61,337 bases of DNA from contig JBBDYI010000374.1 in the NCBI GenBank assembly GCA_040901705.1, positions 1-61,337 of the forward strand, given 5' to 3'. Position 1 is the stretch's first letter; every line of letters starts with the position of its first letter. Source of the stretch: Pirellulales bacterium. GTDB taxonomy: Bacteria; Planctomycetota; Planctomycetia; Pirellulales; PLA5. Both the position numbers and the translations under genes were made by a program. The notes beneath the pieces were generated by a model that saw nothing but the letters and a program-made list of their open reading frames with translations, had not been told where the DNA came from and did not search any database. Shown here piece after piece: positions 32,201 to 34,613 of the stretch.

Positions 32201-34433
32201 CGAGAACAACGAGGTGTACGACAACGCGATCGGCATCGTGGTCTATGGCGGGCTGACCCGCAACAATCGCGTGTACCGCAACAGCCAGGTCGGCATCATG
32301 GCCACCCAATCGGCGATGGTGCAGGGAAACACGGTGTACTCGAACCCGCTAGGCCTCCAAGTCGGCTGCTGCGGCGTGTACAACTCCGCCCAGGTCACCA
32401 ACAACCTCGTTTACGCCAATACGGAGTACGGCATTGTTGTTGGACGCACCTACGATGCCAACGGCGCGCTGATCGTCAACAACACGGTCTACCAATCAGT
32501 TGGCGACGCAATTCGCGTTGAGACTGGTTCAAACAATTTGACGATCAAGAACAACATTCTCGCGTTCGGCGCGGGATACGGGCTTAACTTTCTGACGACC
32601 AACCACACCAACCGGGCGTGGGACTATAACCAGTTCGACCGTTTGACGCAGACGCAAGCGAGCGTTGCGTTTTGGGGAGGCGAGGCGCGGGCGACGCTCG
32701 CGGATTGGCAAGTCGCCGCGGCGCAAGACGTCAATTCTCTCGCCGCGTCGGCTGGTTTTGTCGATATCAACGGCGCCGACGACGTGCTCGCATTCTCGGC
32801 CGGCAGCGGCTACGACGGCGGCCGCGACGACAATTTTCACCTTGCCGCCGGATCGCTGGCCATCGACCGGGGCGATGCAAACGCTGCACCGCTCACCGAC
32901 CGCAATGGCCAGGGACGCGCCGACGATCCCGGTTCGCCAAATCTGGGTAATCCGGTCGGCTCGTTCGTCGATCTAGGAGCCTTCGAGTTCCATGGATCGA
33001 GCATCGACGTCGATCCGCCGGTCATCGTGGGTACGCAGCCAGCGGCGATTGCCGCCGGAGGGCGGATTGCATTGCTTGTTGACGTGACGCTCCTGTTGAG
33101 TGAGCCTCTCAACGCGAACGACGCCGCCGCGACGTCGAACTTCGAATTGCGGGCCAGCGGCATCAACGGCCTGTTCGGCGACGAAGATGACATCGTTTAC
33201 GTACTGACGCCCGAATACGGAATCGGCACGACGGCGGTAATCCTGCATCCGGAAATCGGCAGTTTGCCAGACGGCGACTATCGCATCACCGTTTCTCCGA
33301 CCGGGAGCCTACGCGACGAATCTGGATTGGCGCTCGACGGCGATGGCGATGGCGCGCCGGGCGGAGCGTGGATGCGTGTTTTCACCGTCGGCTTCACGAT
33401 CGGCGATTTCGACGGCGACGATGACGTCGATGCCGCGGACATCGATGCTCTGTTTGCCGCCATTGCGATCGGCGCCGTCGATCCTCGCTACGATCTCGAC
33501 GGTGATGGCCGCGTCGATGCTGCGGACGTAGGCGAACTTGTTGTCGGCATTCTCAATACACGGCCGGGCGACGCAAATCTCGACGGCCGCGTCGATCGCG
33601 CCGACGTCGCGCTGTTGGCGTCGCGGTTCGGCCGCGTCGGCGTTCCGCGCTGGTCCGACGGCGACTTCGACGGCGACGGCATGACGGGTCTCGTCGATCT
33701 CGGGTTGTTGCAACGAAACCTGCTCGTGTCGCAGAGCACCTCGATGCCGGGCGACTTCGACGGTGACCAAAATGTGGACGCGGACGACATCGATCGACTC
33801 TTCGCGGCAATTGCCGGTGGCGCGACGGCTGAAGCGTTTGACGTGAACCACGACGGAAACATCGACTACGGCGACGTCGTCTATGTGGTGGAAAACATAC
33901 TTCACACGCGAATTGGCGATGTCGATCTGGATGGTCGAGTCGATGAGGCGGACATTGCGATCGTCGCCACGAACTTCGGCCAATCGAGCGAACGGCGGTG
34001 GTCTTTGGGCGACATCGACGGCGACAGTCGCGTATCGCTGGCTGACCTGGCAAGCCTGCAACGGCGGCTTGGACAAGGTTCGACGGCGTCGCCGATCATA
34101 GCTCCGGCGGCACGCGCGACGATCGCCGCCGTTTTCCGCAACGCCGCTGCGAAACAAGTCGACCAGGCCATACTCCTTGCCGTGGCGCATCGCAGGATGA
34201 CGGTCGTTTCACCCAAGAATTCGGTACTCGCGGCGCGGACCGGTCCGTTGCCCGCGGATCGGCGTCCGAAAGTCGCTTTGTCGGTACGAATTGTGAATGG
34301 GCCGACCGAAGTGAACTTGCGTGCGACTCGACATCGACGCGCCGGGCCGGTCGACGAGGAGTATGTCACAATGATCGATACGGCGGTCGAACACGTTTCC
34401 CGTGAACGACGCTTGCGGCGCATCATCGCGTAA
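14223..34433 (+). CDS. giant (~6,736 aa) secreted multidomain protein: LE-R-LL leader, zinc phospholipase-C-like head, ~2,200-aa unassigned region, PPC domain, five parallel beta-helix modules, two LamG domains, Ig-like segment, eight dockerin-like loops, basic tail
   Basis: Single uninterrupted 20.2-kb reading frame. The track opens it at ATG 14151, inside the kinase gene. ATG 14223 (MMRRFNASKRK...) is the first start after the kinase stop. Domain evidence is given in the sub-features. Confidence 0.9.
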   Translation: MMRRFNASKRKHQLRSTRRYDASHQLSVLRFEALEDRRLLFSPYTHISAAEQVLADLTDDSQLTIAGQDYDVRPEVIAALRDYPAYYRAGVVGPDSYPDVPLGAGIIHAENAGLWARHVFREAWAAQTDPGYDAAERSQILAWSYGFLTHMAGDVWAHTLVNDLAGGVWPAIGDIPSEAQNAAIVLRHLAIEGYIADYTPGYDGNPTRNPGDTSDTTTPELVFAVPHEFVYKTLIEPDNGLHTETRGVLIDRFLSLRATLEGLKTPANRDLRSEASTAVSDVLGSLDAAEAAFDAAAGPCFDTFDLTACVQSLGNLAKWGAVNSAAAFESFRLSTLDDLATALFDSYLNEWIGNIDAGLRHWTEFSLAVSNALLNPQTRRDAQDYLCAPRGGEFDPARIACEDDVGFLDVISYATTDFVNDYLLGMLGAPDFLGGLREKLQDFAHTLDLALGPAFNPMRLTQDALRDLSQTISHTALEATFGVDLNLLESFLKTPSAMLDVTEIDLGPTFGVTPLFQPGDHARLDQLLGIVGTDHHETTDPKVLKADEAFDPTSPTVFAAYANTVTMSKLLLLDGATLDDVLGDIIGEPGFAFYQLVDTDLPVRGNVMLTPLPGVGATELLSSELMDSRYRNQQWLHSIDHDHAWRADGLPAFANSNAAGAHNRPLDDGFPNSGGLGNFPLWESATLRPAFRVLFRDWENPQGFTDFRDDYGDAPTINPVERLDDPGVAAALEAGLAETIEWFGSLDGAASPPASSNSPPVPAASPDALALLAQPLPLVGMSVGQALDIEGLLRQLLLEPVEAYFGGDATPTAAELVAVLSQLSTTVGDVQADVAPLGAGGGLAQTALGEELAFSIRLTASRTRTDVPLLLPSQDVWGITLGAAATVDLTATLAIGLTFGYDLTPGVSAADAFFIYIHELTPGVTVRTDDLNFSAKVGFLDIGIEDGIVNLDAELPFEVVDPGPDLLGRISLADLQATSPAMLFDVAAPTATFYANLPVTGGLGGFSLSPFYSTRPSIEVEDDDSFDATPPQTRVENFDELLNFNALSPQTVVAALEQLAGWLDNFSQSAVMATPIPLTGGTTLGDVVAWGETFAARIVSPLKSLTSTPLFDTAEELANRLAEALGLDIAAIDADYNCFTDELTYKLNLSDVLQPIDVPIDFDLELGSVGLLSTSSTLRVTGSADIELTLGFKLSPLVAVVTAAGTAPSDGVLSSDAHFALTVGDGGPMPIVVPRDDANTSVADLVADINAAIDATCLSGRVTASHDNGTLRLAARVIDSAPSFHLEATAGDSAITDLHFAATNAATASTLDRLFVRDPRLTASLHMAADDVDALARFGFIGIEVVNGSATADASIDVSLTDPGTVDPDGDISITELWTALSDVSTLVPSPEVSGSAHVVLPIRLNPNFLGAEHPADPRITVDWPDITNAGTLTLNFNEDMQELANFEYVSQLDVIDALASAAEYLASLEEFSFLGEKLPLVNRSVSDILGYAAEFTRQVQSVRDDPGATLQELERRLEVALGLVPDSPLVNLSFDGTALRIELVAAAAFDESVAIDLDLAALSAAAGGVPGLENVSRLVDLSGSGVLSLAASATANIQLGIDVADPSDPRSFLYDTTELVVEVRATGTDLNFDAPLGPLGVYIRSGVAVLDGDGIIGTTAPARFSVSLVDPNGDGRIDFAELASLNPAIVDVDLTGQVRATLPVYFPSQTTWLGDIDLRITSLSDIPGTIELTAPPISGQFGLVNLLDNLGVVVIGLDSVLARMQDALDGVVFAARLPLIGRDLQKSAKFIDRLREEAVQPLADLLTDTPPVDAVRQGLFDILGPSGLNLLDKDFHDELSDNVPDAAANLDDVVLEVSMGGNQIQFNVRLKRAMELVDAPIAFDVGLPALGLEVDGDVSLRLGYELTLGFGVNIAQGFYFDTSPQNELLVELEATIPGMTATGHLGFLRVDVEDDPTMPSRLTGSFAIDLMDPIDNPLDPDDDDQLSILDLASVGELSDVVNARFSAMADVNLRLATSFVTDARFPSISADFHLDWTFLNANPSGNPAALGNRPHVVFSNITLPIAEFFDHFAGPILGQIKDLIEPIQPLIKFLTDPLPVISDLPGIDDVSILDIIAVLPPINGIDITQDQVEFFEAAARLIGLIDKIPENFADLQIALGSFEIGGQGGTGDLRRILGSVSDDDLDHVQEMDTAPQLQQDHDVGDFFDEAADIDGGVSFPILTDPSQVFELLLGGDATLFKYQLPELRAELTFKREWQPFPPVPLFGTFRGVLGATANLGFGYDTSGLRRYRESGDWRDVFGGFFIDDHATYDSRGEPIKDDPEATIYGSVTVGVQLGTGIAGGIEGGLFGTVNIDLMDPIPDGAVHFDELVASLDEGLLCTFAVSGEVRAKILAYLEVAGERTSEKKLGESGPILSFDLSPDQCFSSRFESNNVIDTAADIGVAPGIHLADLSLMPAGDTDWYRFDLLRPDSVTIVAKGDVKLEATNANGSLLGRGTDEGGKTRLTLQNLAAGTYYVHVYGNAVGNYDLSIDAATGTSHSGLLGPQGTPTRVFYVNDPTVTDPTVASFYSLEPGDDANDGLSPRTPKATVQSVLATYDLGENDLVLIDSGAYGSGAITLGVADSGAMFAGAPEGSVFGSGSRWRLVGADDVVIDALTFEGGGGPAIEIDYARTMPADESNDNVLRRIVFRDVGTAIRIDRGSGNLVERNRIDGAAALGIDAVSPTALTIRDNEFFDTPTAIRLDRAPGGVVQANTIFGATATAIHTIDATGTIIRTNVIEDAATGILIVGGDGTTVDDNAILATNTGVLAQNAADLTVSGNVLTAVQTGVRLEDVQSGALINNVVTATGLYGMWLRGGGAWTIRGNVVEGAAEGVLISTTSGQSLDLNARNNLVTASSTGFRVADAGVSGRLTANEFHDSGTGLIVTASGVEVDDNEFRGNQTGLRLSGSAATVHDNDMHHNAIGVHVTSGVANIYGNSIHDNTVGVRSDATFGPASWSMADPNDVFRNATGIEALGGATIQFNRLHHNVIGVRVAGAAHVHHNVAYRNTDAGILVSAVTGATVESNTIYAPAGDAVRLDGPTTNLVLRNNVLWAESGFALASPTDNHAGLVSDFNNLYVSGSGKLVLWKKEINDLLNWQVETDFDMHSIGYTTIDPGRDNPRFVDLANDDYHLLDAVSTSIDAGDRLAAFNAEPVPNGGRIDLGAYGNTSEAAMSPASSRLEIDYPNYYTDWTTDEGRFIRWAGYNVAGNVHIELYEEGVGKIGDVAVVSASAGPYLWSPGDNGLAGDPTRRYRLRISSVNDPAVFIFSRETFSVPPETAVFYVNDALTPQDEYATAAGNNRSTGRTPADPKPSLLAVLKSYDLDAGDTVYVDAGEYRHLADAVLSGDLAIGNDEGMTVTGPGDSARVARLVQFSDRPSQAAIDVNNADFVTISHLTLVGAPTGLWVRNGATDFRAVFVTTNGHVLDGLRIDTGSSAASLASIIAIDNGRYGINTQGPLGELVDSTIYGNRNTGVLLSASGSPLVANNLIHSNRGDGITIPGAEGARIEANRIYGNLGQGLLLSASGLLTTIGHDDLSLGRGNIVYDNGQNGIYATGAVRVVGNTVYGHSANNQIGIYGAKEITSNVVFGNDIGIHSTDTVSTNRVYQNRTTGIVTGASGRVSGNVVYSNGVGIQIGCCGLYNAAELTNNLVYANATIGIRAYPGNGIKLINNTVYQPFGNALVFEGDTTAFAMRNNIFSVAVGYAINAGSFNLPQLASDYNNFFVTGTGQVGVWQGIARATLAQWRSASFTDGNSLAQNPLFIDPDGGDNLIGYSSVLADGRDDDFHLQGLYGSFHGGSSAPVVATAPGLPVAMPPMESLDAAQSPLIDVGAASDSFAAEPLPNGGFVNLGTYGNTPQASKSPPTYVRVLSPDGGEAWPVEQSFAIRWRSNDPLAGYALAFDGMDDYVAIAEPTDGSLDLGTSATLEAWVKFAALPNNSLATILSKDQGGGQQNKWIFGYARNYGNIANATFFHINSPAGGAVFLTSNPWTPDIGRWYHLAVVRSGNQFDFYRDGVLDGTATTAFAVPQVAYPVEIGRAEGFAYFNGTLDDVRIWNTSRQPAEIQAAMTEGVTGGEAGLVAAWDFQQGVGNIAIDRTPHGHDGTLGGGIATRRPAWVTRTQAVTVDIDLLQAGEQASVLSIADDTPNDGEFVWTVPLTLEPAADYAIRVTRTDNGATDASNAAFSISPPVNHYYVNDATVDAGDWTTASGNDANDGLTPGSPKASVRAILETYDLGPTDTVLVDAGLYLLTTNLTITAADSGVTIVGYHDAAFPDRRAVLNRGATAASNHVFELVNADDVTLDHLSLTGGYYAVYAVSGSDSDRLTLSNNDISGYAGVRLELANDGAVIVGNFVHDLASGAYYLYVHGFDSTVVGNRIGRNGAAADGTGVNLGGERNTIQGNEIWNLNYGITNGGGGSGAANRNVIVGNLIHDNLYVGIQDGGNTLITGNTVYGQRGPGDVGIFGYGVGLIENNEVYDNATGLQLQGGTARNNRVYGNNQIGIVTGASAVITGNTVYSNPLGIQVGCCGLYNAAQVTNNLVYANTTAGILIGRSYAANGVLIGNNTVYQLQGDALVFEGDTSLVSVKNNVLVSGGYVINGASYNLLGLTSDYNVLNATGAAKLARWQNRDFTSRVDWFYELGLDAHSQTVDPQFVDIDGPDNQLGYVSGVDYGLDDDFSLLTTSPGVDAGNPADSFVLEPNPNGGRINIGHQGNTPQATNSPLQTVQVLSPNGLEKFETNQTVAIQWRSAGLPVEATVAIDVSIDDGMSWTPLAAGLPGNGTYAFTPTVATLGNLALVRVRADTPLAPQDTSDTAFLIANSGADYYVNDGATTGDAFTTALGDNANSGKSPSSPMASLSALLAAYDLDSGDVVHVDAGTYDLVKNVVITSQDSGVRIEGPTTAAAILNRGAVASSNHVFELVNADDVTLDHLSLTGGYHAVYAASGSDSDRLTLSNNDIYGYVGVHLESTNDQAVIVNNFVHDLASGANYIFVRGNDTTIVGNRIGRTVATDGTGLSLHGERNKAQANEIWHLNYGINNSGGGSGEANRNVIVGNLIHDNLYAGIQNGGNAHVTGNTIYGQRESVGDMGIHSFGIGLIENNEVYDNAIGIVVYGGLTRNNRVYRNSQVGIMATQSAMVQGNTVYSNPLGLQVGCCGVYNSAQVTNNLVYANTTAGILVGRTYAANGALVANNTVYQPQGDALVFEADTLLVSVKNNILVSGGGYVINGGGYNVLGLASDYNLLFASGSAKLARWQNRDFTSRADWFYELGFDTHSQTVDPQFVDIDGLDNQLGFVSGVDYGLDDNFSLLTTSPGVDAGNPADAFALESSPNGGQINSGHHGNTPQATNSPLQLVQILSPDGLEKVERGQSVAIQWSFHGLPANGDQDALLAHAPLVYYRFDESSGTVAVDSSANALHATYTNGVTLGTTGGLSDATNRAARFDGQNDYVAVPATNLFDTAQLSVEAWVNPDPATADFTPVLLKTSSDAWDDGWGLFWNGAGSLRFFVNHWYDSASAAVDVAVPTNAWSHVAATYDGAMVRIYLNGTLAAAKAYTSPIRHGSRPLSIGQRECCSPRYWKGGLDEVAVYGVALSAVAVQAHYLRQSYGTARIELFGANDPTPVLTIATTTPNSNRYDWTVPANLAEGEYRIRVTANSGLQPEDTSDASFLIANSGADYYVNDGATTGDAFTTALGDNANSGKSPSSPMASLSALLAAYDLDSGDVVHVDAGTYDLVKNVVITSQDSGVRIEGPTTAAAILNRGAVASSNHVFELVNADDVTLDHLSLTGGYHAVYAASGSDSDRLTLSNNDIYGYVGVHLESTNDQAVIVNNFVHDLASGANYIFVRGNDTTIVGNRIGRTVATDGTGLSLHGERNKAQANEIWHLNYGINNSGGGSGEANRNVIVGNLIHDNLYAGIQNGGNAHVTGNTIYGQRESVGDMGIHSFGIGLIENNEVYDNAIGIVVYGGLTRNNRVYRNSQVGIMATQSAMVQGNTVYSNPLGLQVGCCGVYNSAQVTNNLVYANTEYGIVVGRTYDANGALIVNNTVYQSVGDAIRVETGSNNLTIKNNILAFGAGYGLNFLTTNHTNRAWDYNQFDRLTQTQASVAFWGGEARATLADWQVAAAQDVNSLAASAGFVDINGADDVLAFSAGSGYDGGRDDNFHLAAGSLAIDRGDANAAPLTDRNGQGRADDPGSPNLGNPVGSFVDLGAFEFHGSSIDVDPPVIVGTQPAAIAAGGRIALLVDVTLLLSEPLNANDAAATSNFELRASGINGLFGDEDDIVYVLTPEYGIGTTAVILHPEIGSLPDGDYRITVSPTGSLRDESGLALDGDGDGAPGGAWMRVFTVGFTIGDFDGDDDVDAADIDALFAAIAIGAVDPRYDLDGDGRVDAADVGELVVGILNTRPGDANLDGRVDRADVALLASRFGRVGVPRWSDGDFDGDGMTGLVDLGLLQRNLLVSQSTSMPGDFDGDQNVDADDIDRLFAAIAGGATAEAFDVNHDGNIDYGDVVYVVENILHTRIGDVDLDGRVDEADIAIVATNFGQSSERRWSLGDIDGDSRVSLADLASLQRRLGQGSTASPIIAPAARATIAAVFRNAAAKQVDQAILLAVAHRRMTVVSPKNSVLAARTGPLPADRRPKVALSVRIVNGPTEVNLRATRHRRAGPVDEEYVTMIDTAVEHVSRERRLRRIIA
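14313..14342 (+). other. N-terminal FEALEDRRLL motif (LE-R-LL type leader)
   Basis: Preceded by a ~30-aa Arg/Lys-rich N-terminus with no hydrophobic h-region. Confidence 0.6.
14352..14820 (+). other. zinc-dependent phospholipase C-like domain
   Basis: HISAAEQVLADL...YYRAGVVGPDSYPD...GFLTHMAGDVWAHTLVND...LRHLAIEGYIAD. The G.L.H...D...H pattern is typical of the Zn-dependent PLC family. Recognised by eye only. Confidence 0.5.
21598..21828 (+). other. bacterial pre-peptidase C-terminal (PPC)-like domain
   Basis: AGDTDWYRFDLLRPDSVTIVAKGDVKLEATNANGSLLG...LQNLAAGTYYVHVYGNAVGNYDLSIDA. Confidence 0.6.
21880..23870 (+). other. parallel beta-helix module A
   Basis: Opens with VFYVNDPTV...GDDANDGLSPRTPKATVQSVLATYDLGENDLVLIDSGAYG. 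Many N/G-rich PbH1-like turns follow (NNVVT, GNVVEG, HDNDMHHNAIGVHV...). It closes with DDYHLL...DAGD...PNGGRIDLGAYGNT. Confidence 0.75.
24189..25945 (+). other. parallel beta-helix module B
   Basis: VFYVNDALTPQDEYATAAGNNRSTGRTPADPKPSLLAVLKSYDLDAGDTVYVDAGEY ... GCCGLYNAAELTNNLVYAN ... DDDFHLQ ... PNGGFVNLGTYGNT. Confidence 0.75.
26042..26690 (+). other. LamG/concanavalin-A-like lectin domain 1
   Basis: LAFDGMDDYVAIAEP...SATLEAWVKFAALP...RWYHLAVVRSGNQFDFYRDG...FNGTLDDVRIWNTSR. Confidence 0.7.
26922..28515 (+). other. parallel beta-helix module C
   Basis: HYYVNDATVDAGDWTTASGNDANDGLTPGSPKASVRAILETYDLGPTDTVLVDAGLY ... GCCGLYNAAQVTNNLVYAN ... PNGGRINIGHQGNT. Strongly similar to modules D and E, with long runs of identical residues in the translation. 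Confidence 0.8.
28798..29845 (+). repeat. perfect 1,048-bp direct repeat, copy 1 (inside the giant ORF)
   Basis: Identity with 31351-32398 at a fixed offset of 2,553 nt. I spot-checked it at eight positions across the repeat. It is corroborated by identical shadow ORFs in the track (29115-29756 = 31668-32309; 29456-29683 = 32009-32236). The first mismatches are at 28797/31350 and 29846/32399. Confidence 0.9.
28818..30400 (+). other. parallel beta-helix module D
   Basis: GADYYVNDGATTGDAFTTALGDNANSGKSPSSPMASLSALLAAYDLDSGDVVHVDAGTY ... GCCGVYNSAQVTNNLVYAN ... PNGGQINSGHHGNT. Confidence 0.8.
30535..31155 (+). other. LamG/concanavalin-A-like lectin domain 2
   Basis: LVYYRFDESSGTVAVDSS...ARFDGQNDYVAVPA...LSVEAWVNPD...AWSHVAATYDGAMVRIYLNG...GGLDEVAVYGVAL. 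Confidence 0.7.
31351..32398 (+). repeat. perfect 1,048-bp direct repeat, copy 2
   Basis: See 28798-29845. The offset of 2,553 nt equals 851 codons, so the two copies are in the same reading frame. Confidence 0.9.
31371..32995 (+). other. parallel beta-helix module E (mosaic: first ~343 aa identical to module D, remainder different)
   Basis: Identical to D up to ...SAQVTNNLVYANT. It then diverges (EYGIVVGRTYDANGALIVNN...RDDNFHLAAGSLAIDRGD...FVDLGAFEFHG). Confidence 0.8.
33402..34075 (+). other. eight dockerin/EF-hand-like Ca-binding loops in two blocks of four
   Basis: DFDGDDDVDAAD, DLDGDGRVDAAD, DANLDGRVDRAD, DFDGDGMTGLVD, then DFDGDQNVDADD, DVNHDGNIDYGD, DVDLDGRVDEAD, DIDGDSRVSLAD. Confidence 0.75.
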
Positions 34434-34583
34434 CGTCTGGCCGCGGACATGCGCGCAAAACTTCGCCAGCTTCGTTTGACAAACGTGGCAATAAGGGCAC
34501 TTCCGCGCGTGGCCCGGAATGCTCGTCTAACCAGCGGCGACGTCTTTCTCGACAAGTCGTCAGTCACGATCGCACATCGCCCG

Positions 34584-34613
34584 CCTGTCCCCTGTCTCCT
34601 GTCCCCTGCCCCC
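34584..34613 (-). repeat. heptad microsatellite (GGGNCAG)x4 directly abutting the stop codon of the alpha/beta-hydrolase gene
   Basis: The plus strand reads cctgtcc cctgtct cctgtcc cctgccc cc, followed immediately by tta (stop codon TAA of the minus-strand ORF at 34614-34616). Confidence 0.85.

Noticed and set aside
26900-33000. Periodic ~1.9-2.6-kb repeats that might at first glance suggest a repeat array or CRISPR-like structure.
   Set aside because: The units are kilobase-sized, in frame and coding (beta-helix modules). There is no short direct-repeat and spacer organisation and there are no cas genes.
14337-34567. Many 60-670-aa ORFs on the minus strand or in other plus frames inside the giant gene (for example 18966-20726, 21969-23987, 26106-27806, 27915-28976, 33309-34190).
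   Set aside because: They have the same shadow-ORF composition. Several are duplicated exactly only because they lie inside the 1,048-bp repeat, and the plus-strand frame carries coherent domain architecture throughout.
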